Shown one piece after another: positions 37,238 to 51,394 of a stretch of DNA of 64,000 nucleotides. Position 1 is the first letter of the stretch; every line of letters begins with the position of its first letter. Position numbers and translations under genes: made by a program. The notes under the pieces were generated by a model. It was not told where the DNA came from. It saw only the letters and a list, made by a program, of their open reading frames with translations, and did no database searches. Origin of the DNA: Squalus acanthias. Its lineage: Eukaryota. Location: contig CM059435.1 of the NCBI GenBank assembly GCA_030390025.1, forward strand, positions 18,476,001-18,540,000, in the 5' to 3' direction.

Positions 37238-37836
37238 AATAGAAACAAAGAAAAATAGGAGCAGGAGTAGGCCATTCGGCCCTTCGAGCCTGCTCCGCCA
37301 TTCAATATGATCATGGCTGATCCTCTATCTCAATACCATATTCCCGCTCTCTCCCCATACCCCTTGAAATCTATCTATCTCCTTCTTAAATATATTCAGT
37401 GACTGGGCCTCCACAGCCTTCTGTGGTAGAGAATTCCACAGGTTCACCACCCTCTGAGTGAAGAAACTTCTCCTCATCTCAGTCCTAAATGTCCTACCCC
37501 GTATCCTGAGACTGTGACCCCTCGTTCTAGACCCCCCAGCCAGGGGAAATATCCTCCCGGCATCCAGTCTGTCTAGCCCTGTCAGAATTTTATACGTTTC
37601 AATGAGATCCCCTCTCATTCTTCTAAACTCTAGTGAATACAGGCCTAGTCGACCTAATCTCTCCTCATACGACAGTCCTGACATCCCAGGAATCAATCTG
37701 GTGAACCTTCGCTGCACTCCCTCTATGGCAAGTATATCCTTTCTTAGGTAAGGAGACCAAAACTGCACACAGTACTCCAGGTGTGGTCTCACCAAGGCCC
37801 TGTACAATTGTAGCAAGACATCCTTGCTCCTGTACT
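37238..37836 (-). mobile_element. CR1 3' fragment
   Basis: ORF 37325-37816 LYRALVRPHLEYCVQFWSP... plus tail. Confidence 0.92.
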
Positions 37837-39883
37837 AATACTCTACCCTTAACAAAGACGCCATCTTTCAAACTGCACACTGCATTTCTACTGCTCCAAA
37901 AATGAAATGCTGGACATTGGTTGAAAGTGAGAGAAAAACCATCGTTTATTTGTTGAGGTGATTACTGATGAAATCATGCAGCTGCACGATCAAATTGAAA
38001 GTGATTAGTTTAAAATCTCTGGTTGGGAAAAGTTTGGAATCTATAATTGTTGTTGTAGCAGGCGACTACTAGGATGATAGAAGTTGAACTAGATGGACCT
38101 TGGTCTTTTGTCGTCTCACAATTCCTGTGCTTTTAGGTTCCTAACTGACTTAAATTGAAAGCAGTTTTTCTTTAAATGAATACTCTGGAAATTACTGTGG
38201 GAATTGTTATTGAATGAATGAATAATATCAAATTCTTCTTTCTGCTATTACTCATTTAAAATAACAGAGAGAGGGATTTGATAAAAGTATGTATAGCATT
38301 TCTATGATAATATTGCTCATAGAAATTGCCAGGCTAATATTAGTGAAGGACATCTTCAATCTTCGGGCTTATGCCAGGATCCCTACACTCCCTTTAGTCT
38401 GGAGATGTCCCAGCACAAATCACAACACCACGTTTCTTCAGACACCTCTCTGTTGGGGTGAACAATTTTCTAACGTGAAGGAAAGTGAGGTAGGAGGCTA
38501 GAATCACTTCTCTTGTCTCATTTCCATCTTTACATACATTGAGGATCAGGAGGAATTCCCAGGACAGTGCAGTGGGGGAAGAGGTCAAATAGAATAGGTC
38601 TCCATCCATTTTTCTTCTTCACTGCAACTGGAAACTGAGCATCCCCCAGAAAAGGAAAATCTCCCCTGCGTTCCTTATATTTGCATTTACAGAGTTACTA
38701 CAAATAGCAAAATGAAATCTATCCCCCACTACCCACCCCCATTATATTTCATTGTTTAAAAAAGCCAATTTGTCTATGTTTGTATGATTAACTTTTACAA
38801 ATTCTGAATGTTAAGAACTAAAGTGAAACCAGTCTGATGTACCACAATATAAAATAACCATTACAGCACACCTTAGTAGGGGGGTCTTTCACTCCAGTGG
38901 GACATTCTTAAGTATCCTTTGTAGATTATTACTTTGTGAAGCAGTTTTAGGCCAAAGGTCCATGGTCTCCAACTCCCATAACAAGGCAGAACATTATTTT
39001 TCTGAATAGCACATCTGGATGATATTTCTAATACAGTGCCATGCATGTAAAGGACTAGGATCCAAATGAAAAAAAATGCATGAGAGTAATAAGCACAGGC
39101 TTGCTGCCCTCTCACACTCTGATCATTTTAAATGCAAGAACACAAATGGATGTGGTTAAAAACTATTTAGCAATGTGAGAATAATTTTGCAGCAAAGGAC
39201 TACATGAGGTGGAATGCCAAAATCACTGCATCACCAAGATAGGCTATTGTATAACATATGGGCTGGTAAGTAGAAATAATGTATAAATTAAAAACAATAA
39301 GCATAAATGGCACAATTAGACAGTCACTTTCTATTAATCAACATTCAATTCTAAAAGGTGGCGATTAATGTAATGTTGATTTTCTTGTATAAAATGGGAA
39401 AGCATTCGCTCTCTTGAGACACTATTCTAATATAGTGTTGGAATGCAATATGCTTTTATTACAACAACTTCCTCAGGAATACCAGATGTCAAACTTATCC
39501 AGGTGGGGGAAAAAAACCTAAAATTATCAAATACAGTTCATTCAAAGTTTAAGGATTTCAAAAATCTTTGATATACTAGCACACTAACAAATGTTTCAAT
39601 TTGGTTGTGACATGTATCACAGAAAGACCATTTCCTCTCATAAATTATCAGTTTTATCCATAAATAAATGTGTGCAAACAAATACTCTGACATTATGTTT
39701 ATACAAGTAATATAAACAGCTCTGCCAAAGTTCCACACTCCGGTTTCCTACACACCAAATATGGTTTGATTTTCATGTATATTTGATAAGAATCCCTTTT
39801 TGTTTGTGTGATGATCTCTTGAAAGGCCAAGTTCTTCAGTCTCTTCTATGGCATCACCAAACACTCTTGTAATTAGGAAACCT

Positions 39884-41096
39884 GGGGGAGAAATTAGTCC
39901 CCGTTGCGCCTGATATCTGGGTGATGAAAAGGAGTTGAGGGAAATTATTTCCGGGCTCGATCCCTTGTATCCGATCACCCCCAGAAATGATCGAGCTGCC
40001 AATTAGGAAGCCGGGACTTATGAATGCCCGGGGCGCAAGCCTAAAACAGACATTGGGACCCTTGAATATACTAATCAGGGGCCGACTGCCTTATTTAGAA
40101 CCCCGGTGCCAAATACCCACTCAGTTTTTGCAAGGTCTACGCTGGCCTAAGCAACGGTCCTTTAAAGGGTCTGCTGGAGGCCAGCAAAGAACGGGCAAGT
40201 TTCTTGTACTTATCTTACAGTGGAGCCAGGAGGAGCAAGAGTGCTTAGTCCTGCTACAACTGCACAGGGTATTGGTGAGACCACACCTTGAGTACTGCAT
40301 ACAGTTTTGGTCTCCTTATTTAAGGAAGGATATATTTGCATTGGAGGCAGTTCAGAGACGATTCACTAGGTTAATTCCAGAGATGAAGGGGTTGACTTAT
40401 GAAGAAAGATTGAGCAGGTTGGGTCTATACTCATTGGAATTTAGAAGAATGAGAGGTGATCTTATTGAAACATATAAGATACTGAGGGGGCTCGACAAGG
40501 TAGATGCAGAGAGGATGTTTCCCCTCGTGGGGAAATCTAGAACTCGGGGGCATAGTTTCAGAATAAAGGGTCGCCCTTTTAGAACTGAGATGAGGAGGAA
40601 TTTCTTCTCTCAGAGGGTCGTAAATCTGTGGAATTCTCTGCCCCAGAGAGCTGTGGAGGCTGGGTCATTAAATACATTTAAGGTGGAGATAGACAGATTT
40701 TTACAAGATAAGGGAGTGAAGGGTTATGGGGAGCGGGCAGGGAAGTGGCTTTGAGCCCAAGATCAGCCATGATCTTATTGAATGGCGGAGCAGGCTCGAG
40801 GGCCAAGTGGCCTATCCCTGCTCCTATTTCTTATGTTCCTTCTCCGCAGCAATACCATGGGCTGCTGCCAGCGTACCCTCGACCCCTCTCCCGTTCACCT
40901 CTCCCCCTATCCCAGGACTTAGCTGTGGGCCGGCAGGGCCCCAAATGGTGAGCTGCATCGAGATGCCTGATTGGCATCTGCAGCTTGCCCAGCATTATGT
41001 AGATCAGGCCTGAGGCCCAAATTCTAGCGAGCCTCGGGCCTTCCGCGCGACGCCGGCTTCACGCTGGTTTTCAGCATGAGGCCAAATTCCCAGCCT
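39884..41096. mobile_element. Harbinger-type MITE interrupted by CR1
   Basis: Left end GGGGGAGAAATT; right end degenerate (aaattcccagcc). Confidence 0.55.
40247..40838 (+). mobile_element. CR1 3' fragment
   Basis: Highly similar to 5179-5770. Confidence 0.92.
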
Positions 41097-43779
41097 ATCT
41101 CTCTCATACCAATCTGCATGGAGCATACTTGACATTCTTGCTACGTTTTATAGCTGTGGCACCTGGTGAACATTAATGATGCTTTTCTGTTAACACAATG
41201 GCCTTCCACATGGCTCTGGCCCTAAAGGGAGACTGCTCACTATATCTTCATTAGCACTATTATGAATTAAGTCCTGGGTTTCACTATCAAGTTTGGGGAA
41301 CAAAAGGAGAAAGAATCCAGGATCTTCGTCGTGGAGAGTCCCTTCACTTCAGCAAATAATTTAAGCACACTTTGTGCATTTGAGCTGCCCTTCCAGATTA
41401 AAAGAATATGTCACATTGCATGGTATTAATAAGTGAATCATGCTGCAAATAGAGCAATATGAACAATCCATCCTGATTTATAATCTAAATTTTTATGCCT
41501 GTTTTGGCAGCTGGTCTATGTTCATCAAATTGATTTTTTTCTTTTCCATGGAAAGAAATCTTTTTGCTAATGCCAATGAGACAGGGCATTATGACCTCCC
41601 TGGAGGGAGGGGGGTACCATTCAGGTATGGGGTTAATGTCTAGACATCATGTTACAAGGTTTTTATACATCTGTTAAATATTTCTGAGGCATTACATTAA
41701 ATATGAGTTTAAACAATGTACTGTACCAGTTAAATCATCGCCGTAACAAGACAGCAATCTCGCTTGACTTGGTCATTTTAAAGTTAATGCAATTATAAAA
41801 ACATACAAAATACCATAAAAATGACATTATGTGATACGATCTGGCCACATATCAAAGTTATCCAAATTATTGGTTCCTTAGGATTTATATCCCAGGTTTG
41901 TTTGAAATCGACAAAGATTTCTCAAGTTATCGCGCCCATAGACAGAGGCAGCTGCACCAATTACTGTGTTGCCGACTCCTTCAAGGTGAAGATAACATTA
42001 TTTGATAATGTGATTGAAGAGAGAAGAGAAATACATGTGCTGTTATATTCTGGGAATGGTCCTGTTGCTCAAGGTCATAGATGATTAATGGTGCCGAAAA
42101 TGAATCTTGAACGACATTGCTTTGCCTGCTTTTTTAAAAAAAAGCAGTCCTGACAATGGGTTTCACCCCCAAAAAATTAAAACCTAGAAGTAACTGCTGG
42201 CAATACGAGTAGGTGAATGCTTAATGTGTTTGAATGAGATCAGCTATTTTGGGAAAGGTTTCTTTGAAATAAGCAGGTTAACGTCTCTGCTAAAATAGCA
42301 GGCAAAAGAATGGCAAACGAGTGGAGCGGTTGTTCACTTTCTGGTTCTGACAGACCTGTTCTGTATTTCCAGCATTCTCTGCTTTTATCCCAGATTGATC
42401 AGAGCCTTTTACTGAAATCTATTGAATTCTTTTAATTATTTAATCTTACTTATCCTTTTCTACAAGTTACCTAAACCCTTTATTGTTGATGAACCTTTTG
42501 GTTTAGTATACAAAAAGCATCTGGCCACCATTTTGTTAAGGGAGTGACTGTCTATGCACGTCTCCTCACAACGTTATTCATCCATAATATTGGACGATTT
42601 GGTCCAGATGTTGTCATAATGGTGGACTTCACTGCTGCAGAAAAGCAGTTGCTAACGTTCCTGCACACAATGGCCTCAATTTTAAGCCCCGACGAGCGGG
42701 AGAGGGTTGGGGAAGGGGGTGGGTTAAAATATCAGGATCGGGCAACATGACCCCAACCCCGTCCCTTTAAATTTTAAAGTGCAGAAATCAGGCTATGGAT
42801 GAGGCTCCCGCAAAAGGCAGACGGGGGCAAAATTAACATACCAGAGTCGTGACCTTAATGCTTCGCAATTATTCCAAAGACAACCCTAACCTAAGCAATA
42901 GAAGCAGCATTGGTAGAAGTTGTATCTCCTCCTTCTGAAATATTCTTCGTAACATTTATGCAAATATCATGAACACTTTGATAATGCCAATGGCCATCAC
43001 ATAGTAAAATCACTGAGGTTCTGTTTCCGTGGAAGTGAGAAGCTGTAGTCTTTGTAGGCCTAAAAAGTTAAGGGCTGAATCCAAACTGGAAGGTGAGGAG
43101 ACCTCTACTCGGCCCTTTTCCTATATTTGTGGATATTAGTGCCACTATCTGCGCCTACCGCCACCTTCCATCAGGCAGTGCTGGGGAGAGGTGATAAGAG
43201 GGGTGGATGGGAGGGAAATTGGTCGCAAACCCTTGCTGCATCCCCCTCACTTGTGGTGGGCGGGGAAGGGCAGCTGGCAGTGCTCCCAGTGGGGATGAGG
43301 GAGAGAGATCCAGGTCAAGGCAGGGAGATGGCAATAGGCCTCACAATCCCATTTTGTGTAATTTCCGCTGCTGTCCCGTTTGATTTGGGGTGGGGTAGCA
43401 GAGAAAAATCTAGACCTAGCTCTTAAGAAGAACTTCCGCACCACTGTAATCCGGGTCTTTTGTATTTTAGATGTTGGCCCTGTACCTGAATTTGTTGTTA
43501 TCATTACCTCAGCATGAAGTAAAAATGTTGGAATGGTACAGCTAGGTCCCTGTGTTTGAGGGGAGAGCAGAGCATAAAAGGTGCTATTATTATTCAGTGG
43601 TGGCCTTTTTTGAAATCTAAACCTTTGCCCAGATACAAGATAGCTTTGAGATGAGCAACAGTTCTTCTGCAGTACACTTTGCTTCTTCGTGTATATTAAT
43701 TTCAAGATCCAATTATCAAGTGAACCAGTGCCTCAGTTACAAGCACGACCAAAGTTGACAGGTAATAAAGGCACAAGTT

Positions 43780-43960
43780 ATCATAGAATCAGAGAATTGA
43801 TAGCACAGGAAGAGGTCATTTGCCTCATTGTGCCTGTGCCAGTGTTCAACTGGAGCTATTTACTGTAATACCATTCTTCTGTCCATTCTCCATATCCTTT
43901 TATATTCTTCCTTTTCAAATACTTATCCAACTCCCTTTTAAATGTTAGATGATCCCTTCC
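43780..43960 (-). mobile_element. CR1 3' tail fragment
   Basis: Translates TFKRELDKYLKRKNIKGYGE; (cataga) tail. Confidence 0.7.
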
Positions 43961-44444
43961 ACAATAGAGGTATTTAAAGTTACTGAATACAAGTCCTTTC
44001 CAGTCTGAACTAAAAATAATGCTTGTTGATAAATATGCCAATTTTCCCAATGTATTTCTTTTTAACTCTACTGTTCTTACAAAGCCTTTGTTTCCAGATA
44101 ACTGAGATGCTTTGTGAGTTGTTCTATTTATGAACATCATCCTGCCATTGAGAATTCAGATTCGCTGGGTCTTTAATGAAGTTCATGGAAACAATATAGC
44201 AAGCAAGCCTCCCTGTTTGGAAAGCTTTACATGTTACCCACCAGTCAATATGTGGAACAAAACCGGAAATCCATTGATAAACATAGAGCTTATGATTTTG
44301 TAACAATAGCTTGCAGAAGGAATCTTCCTTCTCTGTGCTTCTCTCTGCACTTTGCTCCAATTCTGTTTAAAGTCCTTTGCCCGTCAATGAATGTTTAAAC
44401 GTTCAGTCACAGAGTGAGTTTAGTTCAAAAGAAATTTGAAACGT

Positions 44445-45582
44445 TCATGGAATCATAGAATGATGCAGCACAGAAGGAGGCCATTCAGCCCATCGTGCCT
44501 GTGCTGGCTCTTTGAAAGAGCTATCCAGTTAGTCCCACCCCCTTGCTCTTTCTCCATAGCCCGGAAAAATTTTCCCCTTCAAGTATTTATCCAATTCCCC
44601 ATTGAAAGTTATTGAATCTGCAGGCAAGGTATTCCAGATCATAACAACTCGCTGCGGAAATAGAATTTCTCCTCATCTCGCCTCTGGTTCTTTTTTTTTA
44701 TTCGTTCCAAGGCCAGCATTTATTGCCCATCCCTAATTGCCCTTGAGAAGGTGGTGGTGAGCCATCTTCTTGAACCGCTGTAGTCCGTGTGGTGATGGTA
44801 CTCCCACAGTGCTTTTAGGTAGGGAGTTCCAGGATTGACCCAACGACGATGAAGGATCGGCGATATACTTCTAAGTCAGGATGGTGTGTGACTTGGAGGG
44901 GAACTTGGATGTGGTGGTGTTCCCATGTGCCTGCTGCCCTTGTCCTTCTAGGTGGAAGAGGTTGCGGGTTTGGGAGGTGCTGCCGAAGAAGCTTTGGTGA
45001 GTTGCTGCAGTGCATCTTGTAGATGGTACACACTGCAGCCACGGTACGCTGGTGGTGGAGGGAGTGAATGTTTAAGGTGGTGGATGGGGCGCCAATCAAG
45101 CGGGCTGCTTTGTCCTAGATAGTGTCGAGCTTCCTGAGTGTTGTTGGAGCTGCACTCATCCAGGCAAGTGGAGAGTATTCCGTCACACCCCTTACTTGCG
45201 CCTTGTAGATGGTGGAAAGGCTTTGGGGAGTCAGGAGGTGAGACACTCGCCGCAGAATACCTAGCCTCTGACCTGCTCTTGTTGCCACAGTATTTATGTG
45301 GCTGGTCCAGTTAAGTTTCTGGTCAATGGTGACCCCCAGGATGTTGATGGTGGGGGATTTGGCGATGGTAATGCCGTTGAACGTCAAGGGAAGGTGGTTA
45401 AACTCTCGCTTGTTGGAGATAGTCATTGCCTGACACTTGTTACCTGCCACTTATCAGCCCAAGCCTGAACGTTGTTCAGATCCTGTTGCATGCGGGCATG
45501 GACTGCTTCATTATCTGAGGAGCCAATTACTTTAAATCTGTGTCCTCTGCTTACCGACCCTTCTGCCAGTGGAAACAGTTTT
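44445..45582 (-). mobile_element. CR1 3' fragment split by a second LINE
   Basis: Tail at 44445-44690; LFPLAEGSVSRGHRFKVIG at 45522-45582. Confidence 0.7.
44700..45520 (-). mobile_element. CR1/L2-group LINE 3' fragment
   Basis: WADKWQV, ILGVTIDQKLNWTSHI, YKAQVR..EYSPLAW, SLHHQRTVAA. Confidence 0.8.
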
Positions 45583-46017
45583 TCAGTGCACAGGCACAGA
45601 GCTCGATTTTCTCTGGCTGGCAAACAATGATGGAGCAGACAGTGTAACTCTGACAACATGCATTTCGCTGATAAGGTAAGAGTCTCACCTCTAGAATAAA
45701 GATCACCTTCGAGTTTCTTGTCTTAATTTATGCTGTTCCTGGCAATATAGTGGTGCAGCAGTGTACAGGGACATGAATGTGTTCTGCTAAAGAATGAAGT
45801 AATTGGACCATCCGCACATGCTGACTTCTGAATCTTAATTAAGTACAGGCTACACACTACCCCACAGACAGGGAGAGAAAACCAGCAGATGAAGCAGCCC
45901 TATAAGTTGTTCCAACATACTTCCCAATGGCTAGTTTCTGAATAGCAATTACAGAAGCCTAGGAGCATATCAGCTTACTGCTACCTGGCTGCAATTGCTA
46001 CATAGAATAAGGAAATC

Positions 46018-46815
46018 AACAACAACTTGTACTTATATAGTTCCCTTAATGTAAAAAAATGACCCAAGATGCTTCACAGAGGTGTGAGGGAAAGATAGAG
46101 GCAAGCCAAAGAAGGAGAAATAAGGAGAGATGACCTTGGTCAAAGAAGTAGGTTTTAAAGAGGATCTTAAATGAGGACAGAAAAGGCAGAGAGATTTAAG
46201 AAGGAAATTCTAGGGGATGCCTGGGCAGCTGGAGGCACGGCCACCAATGGTGGGGGCAAAGGGAGGAAGGGATGCACCAGAAGTTGGAGTCAAAGAAACA
46301 GTGTATTTGGGGGTAATATGGCTGGAGGAGGTTACAGAGATTGGGAGGGTGAGGCTATGGAGCAATTTAAACACAAAGATGAGAATTTTAAATTAGGAAC
46401 ACAAAAGACCGGGAGCCATTGTTGGCTACCAAGGACAGGGGGTGATGGATAACAGGACTTGCTGCAGGATAGGATACAGGTAGCAGAGGTTTGGATGAGC
46501 TGAAGTTTATGGAGGATGGAATGCTGGCCAGGGAAGCATTGTAGTAATTAAGGCAGGTGGTGACAAAAGTCTCAGTGAGGGTTTCAGCGAAAGATGGGCT
46601 AAGGTAGGGGCAGCGGCAGGCGATGTTATGGAGGCGGTGGTAGATAGTCTTTGCGATGGAGAGGATATGGGTTTGAAGCTCAGGGTCAAACAGGAGACTG
46701 ATGTTGTAAACAGTCTGGCTCACTTGAGACTGTGAGTGGGAATGGAGTCAGTAGCAAGAGTACGAAGTTTGTGGTGGTGACTGATGATAATGCCCCAGTC
46801 TTCCCAATAATTAGC
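46018..46815 (-). mobile_element. Decayed L2 3' fragment
   Basis: (CAA)n tail; HLHNIA..PYLS...AETL...FVT..LNYYNA-like translation. Confidence 0.75.
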
Positions 46816-47766
46816 TGGAAAAAAAAGAGAAAGAAGGAAAAATACCTTAATGGAAAGAAACTCTAATTGTCAAAAAAAATGCTGCTTTTTCCAATCTTTC
46901 AATCTTTGTGGTACATACAATTTATTTTAAATATTTACATTAACTACATTCCAAGTTTTAAACACTGACTTGCCAAATCTTTTGCCTCTCTAATTGATGT
47001 AATTCACTGCTTCCGACCACTCCAGCTGTTCTTACCAATACATTCTATCATCTCTAGTAGCTCCTGGACCTCTCATGCTGGTCAGCCCTATAGGTTGCAT
47101 TGTTTCTGTCCAACTATCTCACTCTCTCACTTCCTGTAATTGGCTTTAGGTCCCTTTTGCGAGTGTCCCTTGCTGTTTTTGCTTGACATCTATCCTGACA
47201 CTAAGGTAGCAACACTTTCTGCATCTGTTGTCAGACACTTTCTTCTCTCCTTGTCTTCTCCACGAATGAATGTAAGAAAACTACTGGGACCTAAGAACAA
47301 TAAAAGAGAAAGTATAAAAGGTAAAGGAATATTGTCATCTGGTAGTGTCTCAACTGATTTGGCAGGAAGAAGAGCTTCTTGCCAGGGCCTGGTTAGTGAT
47401 GTGGTGATGTCTGCCTGTCATTGTCCACACAAGCTCCCCAACATACTGAAGGAAAAGAACAACAGTAGAAGAAAATACACAAAAACTGACATGAAGAAAA
47501 TTGACCAAAATTAAAGACAAAAAAGGAGGTTTCACACAGAAACTTAAAGGAAAGCAGCACAAAAAAGCAGATCAAGAAAAGTAGAGAGTATAATGAAATA
47601 AAAGGGTAGTATTCTGATCAGTGAAGTTCACATACAATGCTGAAATTGAACAGGTTAACGCCTGTCTGAACATAGTGGTCAAGTGAATAAAGTGAACAGA
47701 ATATAGTGAAAATATAAAGAAATAAAAACAGTAATCAGAAAAGTGAATGGGAAGATAAAACATATT

Positions 47767-48521
47767 GGCCTGGATTTTGCAGTGGTAATGACGTCGAAAC
47801 TGTCAGCTTCACCGCCATTACCCCTCTGAAATTGATAGCATATTCTGGAAATAGCGCACGCGCACATTAACGCAAAAATCCGGAAGTTGCTGTCGGTGAT
47901 TCTATGCTTATCCATAGGGTGCGCTGTTGAACTCCTCGGAGCCAGCAATCTTTGAGAAATGACTGAACTGATGAGTACGTAAGCTTTCATCCTGTAATAT
48001 CACCCTTAAAAAAACCCTGAAAAAGTTAAGCCTTGTTGAATGAGGTGTAACTGGGTTTTTAATGGTGTACTGATCCATAATTACTGCTGAACAACCATTC
48101 TGGCCCTGAAAAACTAATTTTATATTTGTGGAAAGTCAAATTTTAAAAGTTCCACGATTTTTAATATCATATAGTTTTTTTTAAAGTTTGTTTATTATAT
48201 TTCAGCTTCTACCTTAATCCCATGTGTATCTCCCAATCTTTATTTCACTCTCTAAATTGGTTAAAAAGTGAAGAAAAATCAGTGCATTTTACTTCCTGGT
48301 TTGCTGTCTGTGAGAATTCTTCAATGTGACTGGCTGCTTAGCCAGCTTGATGACATCACTGTTGCTGGACGCTGGAGATCCACTAGACATGACGCCAGCA
48401 TGAAATTAATGTCGGGAGAGCTGAAATTCACGCCACAGAGATCGCTAGATCTTTGTGGGCAGCTTTCTTTGAGGTCAGCGGCGAGGGCCATCGCTTCGCC
48501 ACTGACTGCAAATTCCGGGCC
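47767..48521. mobile_element. Harbinger-type MITE
   Basis: TIR GGCCTGGATTTTGCAGT / ACTGCAAATTCCGGGCC, TSD ATT. Confidence 0.82.
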
Positions 48522-49237
48522 ATTCAGGTAAGATAATAGAGTACAAGATAAAATGATGTCAGCTAACAAAAAAAGCAGCAATCAACTCAGAAAACAAGGC
48601 GTAAACATTCTAGCAGTGAAAACAGACTTACCATGCAGTAATATGAAACTTTTTCCAAATAGACTTATTTTGGATATTTGCACTGTATTCTACTAACTAC
48701 CAGTGGTTCACATAAATAGTGTATTGAGACCTCCAGAGGCCTGACCATCTGTGAGCTTTATTCAAATCCGTTTAGCTCTAAACTGATATTCAGAGGAATA
48801 CGCTTAGTGGTGAAAAGCACTGTTAGAACTTGGAATACACTGAAACAATCTACATCCGCACACTGTAAAGAAAGCAGGACACTTCAATCTTCCATTAGTC
48901 TTGGATGTGTTGTAGAAATGAAAATCAAGCTCTCAAAGGTGTCTGGGTTCTAACAGCAGTCAACATTATAACCGGGGCTTTCTGCTTCTGTGCTCAGCAA
49001 ACCGTGCATTTCCTGTCTATTAAAATTAATGGGGTGTGTGGGGAATCCACTGGCAGATAACCACACAAATGGAAAACCCCAGTCTATATCTTTGTGCTGT
49101 TACATTGCTAGATTGTCAGCCTTTGCTCAGTGGTAGCACTCTTACCTCTGAGTCAGATGGTAATTGGTTCAAGCTCCACTCCATAGACTTGAGTACTTAT
49201 TGTATGCTGAGTCTTCAAAGCAGGACTGAGAGAGTAT

Positions 49238-50080
49238 GGGCTGGAGTTTGTCAATGGGGACGTGATGGAGATGGGACTCCCACTTTTTGGGTTGTAGTCC
49301 CGCCACCATTGACTTGTGGCCAACCCACTGTATTTTCCCTTGATTGATCTTGTTAAGCCAGCCCAGTGGGCTCAGCAGGCCAATTAAGGACCACCCGGCA
49401 ACAGCTGGCGTCACAGATTGACATTTCATCTGTCAAGAGCTTTTGACAGATGAAATATCAGCGTTTGACAGCTCCTTGAAGCTGTCAAACACTGACAATC
49501 TGTCCTCTAAGTTAATTCCTTCCTCTCAGGCTGATTTAGAGATCTCTGCAGAACAAAACAAAGAGGCTGCAGCTTTTGACAGCTCAATGGCCATTCTGCT
49601 TTCTGTGCCGGTGAGATTTCTGACTCCCGAGACCTGAAGGGCTGACATCTGCAGGAGGAAGTTAAGGTAAGTAAAACTTTTTCCACACTTTACACTTACC
49701 TTACACACTTACCTCTGCACACATGCACCCATCACTCACCTGCCCACCGGACATATCGACCCCTCCAACCCCTGCAGACCCACGGTCCGCCTTGCTAAAT
49801 CGGCGTGGTTCGGACCTGTCGGGAAGCCCACACTTCGGGGCTAAAAATAGGGATTAGGCAAAAAACTGCCTGTTAACCACCTGTTAACAGGCAGTTTATT
49901 GGCACTAATCCCCTTCCCGCTTCGGGGAGGCGGGTCCCAGCACAGGTCGGGTACCCGCCTCCTGTGAAACTGGCATGGAGGCGGGTTGGGGACAGGATGG
50001 GTTCGGGACCCCCGAATCTGCTATTTTCCCACCCCACACGCCTCCAAACCCGCCTCCACGGGTCAATGAAAATTCTGCCC
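49238..50080. mobile_element. MITE with internal hairpins
   Basis: Ends GGGCTGGAGTTT / AAATTCTGCCC; hairpins at 49419-49494 and 49863-49897. Confidence 0.65.
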
Positions 50081-50170
50081 AGTGTGTTACAACAGTGACT
50101 ACGCTTCAAGAGTAGCTCATTGGCTGTGAAGCGTTCCAGGACATCCTGAGCTCATGAATGATGCAATATT

Positions 50171-50951
50171 GGGCCCAAATTTGCGCTCAGTGGCAAAGCG
50201 ACGGTGCTCACCGCTGACCTTGAAGAAAGCTGCCCACAAAGAGCTAGCGATCTCTGTGGCGTGAATTTCATCTCTCCTGACCTTTGTTGAATCTGGCGCC
50301 AAATTAAGCGAATTGCCAGCATCCAGCAACGGTGATGTCATCAAGCAGGCTAAGCAGCCAATCACATTGAAGAATCTCAGACAGCAAACCAGGAAGCAAA
50401 ATGCACAGATTCTAATGTACTTTTTATAAATTTTACAGTGTGCGAAATAAAGATTGGGACAGACATATATGATTAAGGTAGAAGCTGAAATATCAAACAA
50501 ACTTAAAAAAAACTATTATTTTAAAAACCATGTAATTCTTAATCATATTAATGGAAAAATTTGACATTCCCCAAATATAAAATTCGTTTTTCAGGGCCAG
50601 AACAGTTATTCGGCAGTCAGTATGCCATTAAAAACACAGTTACACCTCTTTCAACAAGGTTTAAATTGTTCAGCGGGTGGTGGGGGTGGGGTGGGTGGGT
50701 GTGGGGGGTGAGTGTTTAACAGCGATATTCCAACATAATTGGGGAAGTTTTCATCAGGAACTGTGATTTGAATTGATTGCCGACTCTGGGGAGCTCCCCA
50801 GCACAACCTGTGGAGAAGCGTAGAATCACTGACAGCAACTTCTGGATTTCCGCCTTTATCTGCACACGCCAGAAGTTGCTGTCAGTTTCAGAGGAGTAAT
50901 GACGGCGAACGCTGACAGTTTCTCCGTCATCACCACTGCAAAATCTGGGCC
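50171..50951. mobile_element. MITE, inverted homolog of 47767-48521
   Basis: GGCCCAAATTTGC / GCAAAATCTGGGCC with colinear internal blocks. Confidence 0.8.
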
Positions 50952-51394
50952 GTTGTGTTATTACGTCAATGCAAATTATTTATTTATTTCTTGTTCTGAG
51001 CAATCACTGAAACAGACCTAAAATTGACAAGTAGATTTTTTGAAAAGAAATATATCAAGCAAGTTATACACTAATAGATTGACTTTTTTCCCCTCTCAAT
51101 TGACATTTTCCAGGCAGGCAGGCTATCTGTTGCCCTGTAATATGCTGCAAATATTCACTTCATGAATGGTCAACTGTGAGCAACAGAGTCAGGAGAGACC
51201 ATAGGAATCTACTCATGTTTTAAATATCCATAGGGATCCTAAAATGGTACAAAAACATGTAGAAACTATTTTAAACCAAGGTTGAATGATCGTAATGTAC
51301 CATGCATGGACCTAATGTTAATTTGATATCAAATCAATGAAAAACTTGGCCAGGGATTTACCATGGAATCTGAAAAATTAACACTGTACATTTT

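Larger units (their letters stand above)
49115..50990 (+). mobile_element. SacSINE1-like SINE broken by two MITEs
   Basis: Head at 49115-49237, tail at 50081-50170 and about 50965-50990; central domain absent. Confidence 0.6.

Noticed and set aside
39987-40754. 255-aa ORF as a novel fusion gene
   Set aside because: MITE sequence in frame by chance with a CR1 3' fragment; no support for expression.
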